Shown piece after piece: positions 47,008 through 56,803 of a DNA stretch of 64,000 nucleotides. Within the stretch, counting starts at the first letter, position 1. Each line of letters starts with the position of its first letter. Both the position numbers and the translations under genes were made by a program. The notes beneath the pieces were generated by a model, which did not search any database, was not told the DNA's origin, and saw nothing but the letters and a program-made list of their open reading frames with translations. The stretch lies in IMG/VR virus record IMGVR_UViG_3300034071_001210, positions 43,893 to 107,892 of that record; one strand, 5' to 3'. Source of the DNA: a virus. Taxonomy: Duplodnaviria > Caudoviricetes.

Positions 47008-47443
47008 TAATATTAAAAAACTTGCAGATAAGCATCCACTCATATTTGCAAATATGTCAGAAGCAATGTGGTCTGATCTACCTGATGGTTGGGTAGATCT
47101 TGTGGATGAACTATGTTCTAAACTGACTCCACTACTTGTTGAGTCATATGCCAAGTATCCACCGAATGAAGAAAACTTTATGATTGGTATCACTATTGAT
47201 CAGATTAAAGAAAAGTTTGGTGGACTTCGATTCTATTGTAGTTTTCTCACCGAAGATACTGATCTGTGGGGCAAGGCTACTGATATAATCAATGAATATG
47301 AAAATAGATCATATAGTGTCTGCCAGATAACAGGAAAATCTGGAACACAATGTTCTGCAGGAAGCCAAGTTATTACTCTCTGCGAAGAAGAACGTGTTCG
47401 TATGAAGGCTATAACTATGAAGGAAGCACCGTTCAGATTTTGA
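47000..47443 (+). CDS. Conserved phage protein
   Basis: DGW...QIKEKFGGLRFY...CQITG motif. Confidence 0.75.
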   Translation: MSNNIKKLADKHPLIFANMSEAMWSDLPDGWVDLVDELCSKLTPLLVESYAKYPPNEENFMIGITIDQIKEKFGGLRFYCSFLTEDTDLWGKATDIINEYENRSYSVCQITGKSGTQCSAGSQVITLCEEERVRMKAITMKEAPFRF

Positions 47444-47451
47444 GAAAATAT

Positions 47452-47709
47452 ATGGCAAATTTTAAACCTATCGGCAAATACATTTGGGTCAAGACTACTT
47501 TTGGTGGAGAGAAGACCAACGAGTTTGGTATCATTTACCAAGAGCGTTCTAAGTCTAAGTTCATTTGGAGTACTGTGCTTGCCATCGGTGATAAGTTAAC
47601 CGAAGACATCAAGGTTGGTGATGATATTCTTTGGGATGTCTCACAACTCAAAGGTGGATATGGTGGAAACCATTTAGTACATCAAGATTGGGTTCAAGCA
47701 ACCAATTAA
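47452..47709 (+). CDS. groES: GroES-like co-chaperonin
   Basis: FKPIGKYIWV, GII, VLAIG, IKVGDDIL. Confidence 0.75.
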   Translation: MANFKPIGKYIWVKTTFGGEKTNEFGIIYQERSKSKFIWSTVLAIGDKLTEDIKVGDDILWDVSQLKGGYGGNHLVHQDWVQATN

Positions 47710-48098
47710 GGTTGTTGAGCATCAAACATATCTCTCAACTCATCATGTCGTTTTCTAAGAGAATCTCTTACTTCTCTTGGAGCATCTACATTGTGTGCAT
47801 GTAGTGTATTCATATTTAATTGATCAAATATTTCTTGAGGACTAACTCCCATTAGTCCATCAAGTACTGTTGCCTTTTCAATAAAAGAATCAAAATGTTT
47901 TTTATTTTCTGGTTTTAATAGTGTATCAATTTGAGATACCATATTTTGATCATGTGGATGAATATCACCTGTTTGACCTGTGATAAATTTCTTTAAAGAG
48001 CCAAGCATAGTAGCAACTGGGTGCACTTCTTGTTTCACACTTGGGTTTGCTGGAACTATATCATTTTCTTCACGTAAATATTGTTTAAAACTTTTCAT
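47706..48098 (-). CDS. Protein with capsid-targeting leader
   Basis: MKSFKQYLRE. Confidence 0.65.
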   Translation of the reverse strand: MKSFKQYLREENDIVPANPSVKQEVHPVATMLGSLKKFITGQTGDIHPHDQNMVSQIDTLLKPENKKHFDSFIEKATVLDGLMGVSPQEIFDQLNMNTLHAHNVDAPREVRDSLRKRHDELRDMFDAQQP

Positions 48099-48391
48099 TA
48101 GCAATTCCACTTTCTCAAAGACAATGCTTTTCTAGTTGGTCTACCCTTTTCATCCTTCATTGGTCCGGGCATTCCACCCATTCTTGCACAAAAAGATTTT
48201 CTTCTTTTTGCTGCTTTTGATCCAGGCTTAAGTTTAGATGGTTTGGTGGTAACTGCTGTTTGTAATTTAGAACCAGGATTCTCTTTACGATATGATGCAA
48301 CACCTTTAGCATTCAATCCACCTTCGGGATTCTTGCCTTCTTTGCGTTGCCATGCAGCAGATTCTTCTAGAAATTCTTTAAATCGTTTCAT
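48098..48391 (-). CDS. Basic conserved phage protein with capsid-targeting leader (DUF6321-like)
   Basis: MKRFKEFLEE; AWQRKEGKNPEGGLN, RRKSFCARM, SLRKWNC. Confidence 0.8.
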   Translation of the reverse strand: MKRFKEFLEESAAWQRKEGKNPEGGLNAKGVASYRKENPGSKLQTAVTTKPSKLKPGSKAAKRRKSFCARMGGMPGPMKDEKGRPTRKALSLRKWNC

Positions 48392-48476
48392 ACTATATTA
48401 TTTATTAAAAGAAACAACCCCCGAACTTCTCGGGGGCTGACATACTAAAGGTTCAAATTTTAGTAAGATTTTATAT

Positions 48477-49316
48477 TTACGATCCCAAGTTTCCACGAGT
48501 ACCATAAACTGAATCTGACGTTGATTGGGCTCGTTTCATGAATTCTTCATGATCTGGGTGTGATCGTCTTGCTTGGTATGCTGCATCTGAAGCAGCACGT
48601 GAAGTCTCTATAGTCGCTCTTAACTCTCTCATATCTGGATCTCTAAGCATTCTATGTGGCAACTCTAACATATGTTTACCTCTATCTGCGAATCCAGCTC
48701 TTCTGCGACCACTGTTACCCAATGCTCTATTATATGCTGGAGCATTATCAAATATTGCACCCCATTCTTTGGCTGCATTTTGATGAAATTTTGAAGCCGC
48801 TGTCTGAGCGACAGAAAGAGCCTGACCTGCAGCATCAGATGCTTGAGCTAATTTGGCATATTCTACACTTGGATACATCGTACCATCTCTACTACGCATG
48901 ATAACATCTTCTACATCAGCATCACCATCACCATCAACATCTGTTGGTTCATTATCTGGTGTTTCATTTAAAAAAATTTTTGGGAATCCACCATAAGTGA
49001 ATTGACCACCAGAAATTTCTCTACCTTCTTTGAGGTTCTTCTTTTTCTTCTTATCGGCAATAGACTTCTTAATAGCCTTATCCTTGGATCCAAAGTATTC
49101 ATCCTTTGATGATTCTACTTCACCATCGCCATCGTAGTCCTTGTCAGACTTTTTATCGGCTTTTTTGCCAGACTTCTTGTCGTCTTTCTTCTCATCCTTC
49201 TTGTCACCCTTTTTGGATTTCTTGAATTTACTAATATCAAATCGCTTCTCTAGAAGGTCGATTTGGGACTGAAGTTGTTCGCATAAATTTTTGTAGTATT
49301 GTTCTAAGTAATTCAT
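48477..49316 (-). CDS. Putative internal head protein with DxDGDG motifs
   Basis: MNYLEQYYKNLCEQLQ leader; KDYDGDGEVES, DVDGDGDAD. Confidence 0.6.
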   Translation of the reverse strand: MNYLEQYYKNLCEQLQSQIDLLEKRFDISKFKKSKKGDKKDEKKDDKKSGKKADKKSDKDYDGDGEVESSKDEYFGSKDKAIKKSIADKKKKKNLKEGREISGGQFTYGGFPKIFLNETPDNEPTDVDGDGDADVEDVIMRSRDGTMYPSVEYAKLAQASDAAGQALSVAQTAASKFHQNAAKEWGAIFDNAPAYNRALGNSGRRRAGFADRGKHMLELPHRMLRDPDMRELRATIETSRAASDAAYQARRSHPDHEEFMKRAQSTSDSVYGTRGNLGS

Positions 49317-49324
49317 ATTATTAT

Positions 49325-50170
49325 TTATAAACTTAATCGTTTATCCTGTGTTGATTTGATGTACGCATTCATTTTATCCAGGTAACCCCTATTTCGGAGT
49401 TCCTTGAATACCATATTCTCAATACTCACTTCTCCAGACTTCTTGAGTCCAGAACTTCTCATATTTCTAATTTTTTCTTTTAATTTATCAAAAGATTCAT
49501 CTTCGGCTGTTGAAGCAATAAGGTCATCAATTTTTTCAATATATTCATTGACCTTCTTTTCAATACTAGGATCATTCAAATTTACCTCTTGATGCTTCGG
49601 CTCAGTGATCCATTGGTCGTTATTAAGGCTATAAACCCCCTGGTCAGGTGGCACAGGTTCTTTGATGTCTTGAGCGTATACTTCAACATCATGTCCTAGA
49701 ATGGTTATATCGTGTGTAAGTGACCAAAGTTGTTTCTTATCTTTAAGATAGTCATCTATTAAATTTGGGCAATTATCAATTTTTCTTTTATCAACAAGAA
49801 TATGAAGATCAATATCTGAATATGATGTATATGCGTAACTTGCATTACCACCAACAAGAATATAATCTTTTACAGCACTTTGGGGAAGTCCAACCCATTC
49901 AACCCATGTTTGTCCGATATCGATAAGTTTAGATCTAATGTCTTTCTTCAATTGCATACCATCCCAGATCTGTGGGTTTAGTTCAGTATGATATGCTAAT
50001 GTTAGAGAAGTTCCTTCTTCAAGATGTTCCTTGAATGATTTTCTCTTTTTCTTTGAAATTTCAATAGCCGCAAGTTGAGCTTGGGCTTCTTGTTGAGAAC
50101 TGTGTGTTCCCAATACTTTCGTACCAGTAGAGTTTTTTACAACCCATTTTTTACCTTCATGGGATATCAT
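49325..50170 (-). CDS. Pol-beta superfamily nucleotidyltransferase
   Basis: LVGGNASYAYTSYSDIDLH, VEVYAQD, ENMVFKELR. Confidence 0.8.
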   Translation of the reverse strand: MISHEGKKWVVKNSTGTKVLGTHSSQQEAQAQLAAIEISKKKRKSFKEHLEEGTSLTLAYHTELNPQIWDGMQLKKDIRSKLIDIGQTWVEWVGLPQSAVKDYILVGGNASYAYTSYSDIDLHILVDKRKIDNCPNLIDDYLKDKKQLWSLTHDITILGHDVEVYAQDIKEPVPPDQGVYSLNNDQWITEPKHQEVNLNDPSIEKKVNEYIEKIDDLIASTAEDESFDKLKEKIRNMRSSGLKKSGEVSIENMVFKELRNRGYLDKMNAYIKSTQDKRLSL

Positions 50171-50176
50171 TAAAGA

Positions 50177-50392
50177 TTATTTTTTAATTGTTGGAAAACC
50201 ACCATAAACAGTATTCTCAGATAGATTTTGGATACGTGATCCTTCGCTACCTTCAACATGCTTACTTGGGGTATTTACTTTTTTATTCTCAAGATAACTA
50301 GCAGCCATGGTTACAAAATTACTTGTACCATTTTTCTTGATATCTTGGGCAATCTTTGAAACACCGTAATTGAATTGTTGTGAGTTACTCAT
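50177..50392 (-). CDS. Small hypothetical protein
   Basis: CTAAATA upstream; YGGFP motif shared with ORF 48477. Confidence 0.6.
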   Translation of the reverse strand: MSNSQQFNYGVSKIAQDIKKNGTSNFVTMAASYLENKKVNTPSKHVEGSEGSRIQNLSENTVYGGFPTIKK

Positions 50393-50425
50393 AAAAATAT
50401 TTAGTATTTTATTATTGTAGTAATA

Positions 50426-53077
50426 TTATGAAAGGGGGTCATATGAAGATGTGGGGATATACTGGAATGGAATATCAACAAATGTTGGTAATACCGCTTG
50501 AATATTCGCTAAACCCTGTGGGGTTAATTTAAAGTTTAAAGCAGTGTAACCAATAAATCCAGGATCAGTAGCAGTAATCATTTCTAATCCCATGCTAAAT
50601 CCACCAACTGTAAGTCCTGCACCTACAAAAGTTGCGGATCCTGTTGGACCTTTAACTAGAACATTTGTCGAAATAGTATTTTTAATTGTATTAATGAAAT
50701 TAACATCAGTTGTTAATGATATTCCACCACCCGATACATTGTACATAGTTGTATAATATGGGTTTGCTGTTGTGTAAACATCACTTTTTAAGTTTACCGT
50801 AGGCATTATACCATTTCGATTTGCATCAGTTTGATATCCAAAACCCCCATAATTAGTTTGATTATATGTATAGGGATTATATCCTGTGGCAAAACAGATA
50901 CCTCCACTCGGACCGAATGGACCACCATCTACATCATACCATGTAAAATTTTCTGGATTTATAATACCCCATTTTTGTGAATCCAATGATGTATTCCAAT
51001 ATGATGTAGTATATTGTGTTGCATTAACTGAGTTACTACATTCAATAAAAATATTATTTGTTATGGTATGAAATACTCCACCATTAAAGAATATTGCGCC
51101 ACCACTACCCGCTCCACAATTATAAAATACATTACCATATATATTTGAATAACTTTCTAAATCATCATAGTAAATAGCCATCGTAAGAGCTGTTCTTGGT
51201 CCAGTACATCCTGTCGCATCAGAATAATACGTTCCACCCGGCAATTGACTTTTTATATTATTAAAAAAATTATATCTTATAGTTTTTCCAAAATGAGACG
51301 CATTTCTTCCAGAATATATTCCACCAGCATCATCGCTTTCAGATATTAAATTATATAAATGGTTGTATTCAATGACATGATTATTTCCACTTTGTAGAAT
51401 ACCATATGTTCCTTCTCCAATTAAATTATAAGATGCAACATTTCCAACACCATTGATACAAAGTCCAAAATGTTTTGTGTTATTCTTAAGTCCAAAGCGT
51501 TTTATTGAACACCCTGTTACAATATTATTAGCTGGAACCAATGTTTGTCTATTACCACCAATATTAACAATACCAACCATTCCAATATCATGTATCTTGC
51601 AACGATCAATGATATTATTTCGCCCACCCATACATTGAATACCAGTATGATTAATATTATAGATATGACAGTTTTTTATTGTAACATTTTGACACAGATT
51701 TAATTCTATACCAGAACCAGCACTATCTCTAAAAATTAACCCATCAATAGTAAGATTTTTAACTTTATAAAATTTAAATAATGATGTTATTGCATTTTTA
51801 GTATTCTGTGCATATCTAGATTGCAATCCAGAAACTGACGAATAACCAACTCCCTGTATGTCTGCACCTGTCCATCCAACATATGGAAATATACCAGTAC
51901 CAGTTGTAGCTGGATTTCCAACCAATGGATTAAAGCCAATTTCACCGGTATTTCCAGTAGTGGTTGTAAATTCTCCTTCAGTATATGCAGCTGCTCCATT
52001 TAATGCTCTATGTGTTAATTTAATCGATGAAGTCGAACCAATTGTAGCGGGAGGCCAAAAATATAACATTTTGGTTGTGCGATCAATATAATATTCTTTA
52101 GGAGAATCCAATTCTTCTAGTGTATTAAATGCAAACCACCTTCTTGGTGTTGGGTTTGAATCATATACATTGGTTGTAGGGGGTGAATCACATGCAGTAT
52201 ACTCATTTAAAGGATATGTTGCTTGATTAGACCGTACTGTAAGTTGTCTAGTTGCAGTATTGATAGCTAATAGTTTAAAAACATCTGAACTCCAATCCCA
52301 TTGCCAATATCCATACAACCATATTCCAGCACTGAGACCAGCAGCAGTCCAACCTGCAATAACACTGTCAAACTCTGAAGGATATGTAAATATTCCATTT
52401 ACTCTGGGTGATGGATATCCTCCATCAGATCCACCAGTTACTACAGTACTTATTGTTGCGTATTCAGAAAATACAGATGATCCTAACGTTGTTTTATTGG
52501 GCCATCTAGCCAAGGTCATTAAGTTATCATCAAAAATTAAATCAGGTATTCCTGGTAAACCTCCAACATTACCATTTTCTGAATTATTTACAAATGTTCC
52601 ATGCCAATTATCTGGAACCCATCCTAAATCAAATTGCGATACACTTGCCTGATACACATTACCTTGTGCAGCTGGTTTTAATCTATTCCAAATAGGTGAT
52701 CCAGCAGTTACTTGGGTAAATGCAGTATAAGAAATATTTTCTGCACCAGAAATAACAACATTTTCATTATTGTATGCTTTATAGGTAATACTTTTAAAAA
52801 CAATACTATTGTTGCTATTATCCAGATAAAAAGCTGGGCTAGATGTAGTACCCAAAACCGAGTAAGTTCCTTCACGAATATTAATTACAACATTTAATAA
52901 AGTATTGTTTAATGCTTGTGAGAGTTTGGATACACGATCTAATGTTTTTACTGGCCCCGAAATACCATTCACATCAGGATATTCACCACTCCAAGCATCA
53001 TTACCAATTGTTTCCGATACATAAAGGTTCTTAATTCCAAAATTGTTTATACTGATTTTACTTAAAGTTTGAGGCAT
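50426..53077 (-). CDS. Right-handed parallel beta-helix protein (putative polysaccharide-degrading enzyme)
   Basis: GPVKTL, IREGTY, LARWPN, EELDSPKEYY, DAGGIY, IYYDD; repeated xNxxIxxCxI turns. Confidence 0.8.
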   Translation of the reverse strand: MPQTLSKISINNFGIKNLYVSETIGNDAWSGEYPDVNGISGPVKTLDRVSKLSQALNNTLLNVVINIREGTYSVLGTTSSPAFYLDNSNNSIVFKSITYKAYNNENVVISGAENISYTAFTQVTAGSPIWNRLKPAAQGNVYQASVSQFDLGWVPDNWHGTFVNNSENGNVGGLPGIPDLIFDDNLMTLARWPNKTTLGSSVFSEYATISTVVTGGSDGGYPSPRVNGIFTYPSEFDSVIAGWTAAGLSAGIWLYGYWQWDWSSDVFKLLAINTATRQLTVRSNQATYPLNEYTACDSPPTTNVYDSNPTPRRWFAFNTLEELDSPKEYYIDRTTKMLYFWPPATIGSTSSIKLTHRALNGAAAYTEGEFTTTTGNTGEIGFNPLVGNPATTGTGIFPYVGWTGADIQGVGYSSVSGLQSRYAQNTKNAITSLFKFYKVKNLTIDGLIFRDSAGSGIELNLCQNVTIKNCHIYNINHTGIQCMGGRNNIIDRCKIHDIGMVGIVNIGGNRQTLVPANNIVTGCSIKRFGLKNNTKHFGLCINGVGNVASYNLIGEGTYGILQSGNNHVIEYNHLYNLISESDDAGGIYSGRNASHFGKTIRYNFFNNIKSQLPGGTYYSDATGCTGPRTALTMAIYYDDLESYSNIYGNVFYNCGAGSGGAIFFNGGVFHTITNNIFIECSNSVNATQYTTSYWNTSLDSQKWGIINPENFTWYDVDGGPFGPSGGICFATGYNPYTYNQTNYGGFGYQTDANRNGIMPTVNLKSDVYTTANPYYTTMYNVSGGGISLTTDVNFINTIKNTISTNVLVKGPTGSATFVGAGLTVGGFSMGLEMITATDPGFIGYTALNFKLTPQGLANIQAVLPTFVDIPFQYIPTSSYDPLS

Positions 53078-53117
53078 TAGTTGACTTTTAAAATTGGAGC
53101 TGTATAGTATTTATACT

Positions 53118-53315
53118 ATGACCAATAAGAAATTAGAAGAAATGATCTATGACTATGGTGAAACTTTAAAGCACATCGGTAAATGTGAAACCGATGGAAA
53201 AACTAGTTTAAAAGAATATAATAAATTAGTTGACCACAAAGAAAAGTTAATAGAGCAGTTCAATGAACACTTTAATAACAATTCAAAAATGGCACAAACT
53301 TTAAATATTTTCTGA
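53118..53315 (+). CDS. Hypothetical protein
   Basis: TTGACT promoter at 53081. Confidence 0.6.
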   Translation: MTNKKLEEMIYDYGETLKHIGKCETDGKTSLKEYNKLVDHKEKLIEQFNEHFNNNSKMAQTLNIF

Positions 53316-53504
53316 ACTCATAACATTACCAAAAGTAGATTTAATAATTTGATCTACCTTTTCTGGGGCGTATCCACGTAATTTTTCCATTACTTGTTTA
53401 CGCATTTCGGAAGTCCATTGATCTAATCCAGTTTTTGAAGAATCTGGTTTCAAGCCACTAACTTGCTGAACGTCATAAACATTACCTTCAATCAACTTTT
53501 TCAT
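53301..53504 (-). CDS. Hypothetical late protein
   Basis: CTAAATA then MKKLIE. Confidence 0.5.
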   Translation of the reverse strand: MKKLIEGNVYDVQQVSGLKPDSSKTGLDQWTSEMRKQVMEKLRGYAPEKVDQIIKSTFGNVMSSENI

Positions 53505-53520
53505 GTAAATATTTAGAATA

Positions 53521-53808
53521 ATGGCAAAAATAAGAAAAACATCAAAATACGGTAAAAGAAAGTCTAAACCACTTCCTCCTGTGGTCAAACCAGTATATCC
53601 TGAATATATTCAAAATTTTATTGATAAGGTTGAATCTACAACACCATATGTTGTGAAAGTTGATCAGTATACTGAAACCAATTCATATCATGTCGGAATA
53701 CTAAAAAAGATTGATAAAGTGCACAGATGTGTTTGGATGGCAAGTTTTGTTGATGAACCTAAATGGTTAGAAGTATTTTGGACAAGTGAATCATTTAAAA
53801 ATTCCTAA
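53521..53808 (+). CDS. Hypothetical protein
   Basis: TAAATA upstream. Confidence 0.6.
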   Translation: MAKIRKTSKYGKRKSKPLPPVVKPVYPEYIQNFIDKVESTTPYVVKVDQYTETNSYHVGILKKIDKVHRCVWMASFVDEPKWLEVFWTSESFKNS

Positions 53809-53819
53809 ATATTTGTATC

Positions 53820-54065
53820 ATGTACGACAAATACTTCCAAGCAAATCCAATTACAATCGGTTCAAAAATTCCTAAGCACAAAGGTATTTTATTCTCTGGT
53901 GCATTAGCAGCAGGAGTTGGAGTTACTTTGAGTATGGTGAATGGTGCGGGTGCAACTTTTAATACAGCTATTACAGTTAATAGCACTCCATTTATTTTAC
54001 CTATGCAGGTATATGCTATTCCATCTGCATTACCAGCTGGTCTTACTGCATTCTATGTAAATTAA
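53820..54065 (+). CDS. Small putative virion protein
   Basis: CTAAATA-N6-ATG; ILPMQV beta-rich. Confidence 0.6.
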   Translation: MYDKYFQANPITIGSKIPKHKGILFSGALAAGVGVTLSMVNGAGATFNTAITVNSTPFILPMQVYAIPSALPAGLTAFYVN

Positions 54066-54066
54066 T

Positions 54067-54273
54067 ATGTCTAAAGACATTCGATGTCTCATTACCAACA
54101 ACCTTCTTAAGAAGGGTGAATGGTTTTGGCTATCGTGGGAAATGGATGCTGCTATCTCAGCACCGGGTCTAGCAGAATTAGAAATGCGCCGTCATGATCC
54201 TGACGATGACTTTGCTAGAATGTTGTGGCAAGAATGGGAATGGACTCGAGAAATAGGAAACCCGGATCTTTAA
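54067..54273 (+). CDS. Hypothetical protein
   Basis: Trp-rich ORF. Confidence 0.65.
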   Translation: MSKDIRCLITNNLLKKGEWFWLSWEMDAAISAPGLAELEMRRHDPDDDFARMLWQEWEWTREIGNPDL

Positions 54274-55163
54274 TCTTTACGTAATTGTTTTTGCATTGTT
54301 TCTAATGCACTTTTTGCCCAACTATGTTTTTCTTCACCATGTTCTTCTGGACCATCACGCACAATTTCTAAAATTCTTCCAACTTTTTCACTAGGAGATT
54401 CTGTTCCTCTGAAAATTCCTTTTGGAGCACCTTCGCGGTTTGGTGTTCTTGAAGGAACATCTGAGTCATCTCCCTTGGCTATACGTCCACGAACAGCCTT
54501 TTTACCTTCATTCATCATTTTTGAAATCTTAGAAGTTATTGATTCTAACTTTAATGATTTCCAGTTTGCAGTTGGAATTTCATATTTGCCTTCATCTTCT
54601 GGCTCTTCTTCATCGCCGATTACATTGTCAGATGCATCTAGTCGTACATCCTGAGCATCAGCGTCACCATCTTGATCTGCATCAGTTGGTTTAGAATCAC
54701 GAGCCCAAGGAAATGAAGGTAGTCTTCCATATGGAACTTCTTCTGTACCTGAATCTGGATCTGTTGGGTCGTATGAATCATCAACATCATTGGCTCCATG
54801 AAAACCAGTTTCTACACGTTGAACACCACTACCAGAAGCTTGTTTTTCAGCTCTAACTTCTGCAACTCTATCTTGAAATCCACCAAAATCAAAATCACTT
54901 AGTTCTCCACCACCAGAACTTTTAGCGGCGGCAGCTGCTTTAGCAGCAGCTTCTCTATTCTCACGCCGCTTTACAGTATCTGCAGCCTCACGAGCTCTTT
55001 TTGCAGCTATTCCTTCTGGGCTGCGATTTGGCTTCTTAGCTTCCGTAAGCATTTCGCCTTTACGTGCGGCTTGTTCAGCTAGCATATCAATCCCATTTTG
55101 CTGAGATTGCATAGCGGCTTCGTTTAAGGAATGAATCCAACCGTAATAACCTTTATTCTTCAT
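54270..55163 (-). CDS. Putative internal head protein
   Basis: Repeated LxE sites (LNE, LAE, LTE); PTDADQDGDAD. Confidence 0.55.
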   Translation of the reverse strand: MKNKGYYGWIHSLNEAAMQSQQNGIDMLAEQAARKGEMLTEAKKPNRSPEGIAAKRAREAADTVKRRENREAAAKAAAAAKSSGGGELSDFDFGGFQDRVAEVRAEKQASGSGVQRVETGFHGANDVDDSYDPTDPDSGTEEVPYGRLPSFPWARDSKPTDADQDGDADAQDVRLDASDNVIGDEEEPEDEGKYEIPTANWKSLKLESITSKISKMMNEGKKAVRGRIAKGDDSDVPSRTPNREGAPKGIFRGTESPSEKVGRILEIVRDGPEEHGEEKHSWAKSALETMQKQLRKD

Positions 55164-55209
55164 ATTATTATTTAGTTGACACAAAAGTTCTATATGCTAT
55201 ACTTCCCCT

Positions 55210-55344
55210 ATGACTTATGGTTCACACGGTGCAGGTAAGGGAAGTTCCCCCAGACACGTAAATTTGGAACAATATGGCAAAAATTATGAAGCAATTTTTA
55301 AAAAGAAGCCAGTAAAGAAAAAGTCTAAAAAATCACCTAAATAA
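55210..55344 (+). CDS. Small basic conserved phage protein (44 aa)
   Basis: GAGKGSSPR..NYEAIF; TTGACA...TATACT-N6-ATG. Confidence 0.7.
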   Translation: MTYGSHGAGKGSSPRHVNLEQYGKNYEAIFKKKPVKKKSKKSPK

Positions 55345-55349
55345 CCTAC

Positions 55350-55432
55350 GCAAAAGTACTCAAGTGGTCAACGAGGTCACACTGTAAATGTGATGATTAA
55401 TTTCTACGAAGGTTCGAATCCCTCCTTTTGCA
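55350..55432 (+). tRNA. tRNA-Tyr(GUA)
   Basis: GCAAAAG/CTTTTGC acceptor, TCACA-CTGTAAA-TGTGA, long variable region. Confidence 0.85.
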
Positions 55433-55474
55433 TTTATTATTTGACTTCTCGTTAGATATGTGTATAATATGAGC

Positions 55475-55876
55475 ATGAAAACATCCCCAAATCCACTTAA
55501 AAAAAATAAACTTTCTATGGAAGATATTGTTTTAGATCCAATTAAAAAAAATTCATATCATATTTCAGAGTCTGTATTAAAACAGATGGATGAAGCCAAG
55601 CGAGTTAAAAAAATGTATAAATCCCCTAAACATTATGAATATGATCCACATCTAAATGGTTTACATGAACCTGGGTCAAACCAAGTTGCTATCAATCAAG
55701 CACTCAATGATAGGATGAAAGCATTAGAGGCTCAAAATCTTGCTTTAGAAAGCAGACTTAAAAGGCTTGAAGCAGTTTTAAGTTCTAAACACTTTCTTGA
55801 CTTTACTAGTAAGTTAGAAGAAATGACTGACAAACTAGATGATCTTCAATCTAAAATCGATTTACTTGACGAATAA
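55475..55876 (+). CDS. Coiled-coil hypothetical protein
   Basis: TTGACT...TATAAT-N6-ATG. Confidence 0.65.
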   Translation: MKTSPNPLKKNKLSMEDIVLDPIKKNSYHISESVLKQMDEAKRVKKMYKSPKHYEYDPHLNGLHEPGSNQVAINQALNDRMKALEAQNLALESRLKRLEAVLSSKHFLDFTSKLEEMTDKLDDLQSKIDLLDE

Positions 55877-55896
55877 ATAAACAGGAGTGTATTATT

Positions 55897-56070
55897 ATGC
55901 CTAACTCAAAACAACGTATTACTAAGCGTGCTCATAAGAAGCGCGAAGAACGCATGAAGCGCAATCGTATTCAGAGCCTTATGAAGGCTCGTGTTGGTAC
56001 ACTTCGCAGTCTTGACGCGAGTGGACAACTTCCTGTATGTGTCAAGGAAAAGAGACTGCCCAATGGCTAA
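55897..56070 (+). CDS. Small basic protein
   Basis: AGGAG RBS; MPNSKQRITKRAHKKR. Confidence 0.6.
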   Translation: MPNSKQRITKRAHKKREERMKRNRIQSLMKARVGTLRSLDASGQLPVCVKEKRLPNG

Positions 56071-56359
56071 AACTGCCACAATGATGTCGTTTGATGAACT
56101 TCGAAAGAAGTATGATCATATTGATTGTTTTTTCACATATTACAATGGAGAGAAATCTTCTTTTGATTTTTATGGCACTGATGCAAATGGAACTGAGGTT
56201 CGTATTTCCATCGGTGGCTGTCCTGCATGGATTAAGACCATTGAGTTTGGTCCTAAAGATCCTATAAATATTAGTGATTCAATCGAACGTCATGTTCGTT
56301 TTGTCTCTGTAACCGATAACCGTGGTAAGCAAGTTTACGAACAATTTTTTGATGTCTAA
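56063..56359 (+). CDS. Hypothetical protein
   Basis: Overlapping operon ORF. Confidence 0.65.
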   Translation: MAKTATMMSFDELRKKYDHIDCFFTYYNGEKSSFDFYGTDANGTEVRISIGGCPAWIKTIEFGPKDPINISDSIERHVRFVSVTDNRGKQVYEQFFDV

Positions 56360-56368
56360 AGGAAACTA

Positions 56369-56803
56369 ATGGGAAATTCAGATCATAACGATTTTAGAAA
56401 TTGGCAAAATGGTGACGATAACGAAGAGAACAATCCAAATAACGGATTCTTCTTCTTTGGTAATACTAGCCCAGAGTTTAAGAAAATGTGGGAGCAAATG
56501 CGTAATGGTGAGAATCCTGCAGATAGTCTTCGTGACTATCTTAACATGGATGACATTTTAAATCAATGGACTAAAGAAAATCAAAAAAAGCCATTTAATC
56601 AAAATAATCCACCAAAGCATTCTCGTAGACCTATTCGACATAAGCCTAAGACTACTCCATTTAGTCAAGAAGAATATTTTAAACTTATTGAGATTCGTGG
56701 ATACCTTGCTATTCAAGAACAGTTTGCACACGTCAAGGCACTAGATAAGTTACTTAGTCAAATTATCATTAAGCCAGTAGATAATTCAGGAGAATTTCAA
56801 TGA
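56369..56803 (+). CDS. Hypothetical protein
   Basis: AAGGA RBS. Confidence 0.7.
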   Translation: MGNSDHNDFRNWQNGDDNEENNPNNGFFFFGNTSPEFKKMWEQMRNGENPADSLRDYLNMDDILNQWTKENQKKPFNQNNPPKHSRRPIRHKPKTTPFSQEEYFKLIEIRGYLAIQEQFAHVKALDKLLSQIIIKPVDNSGEFQ

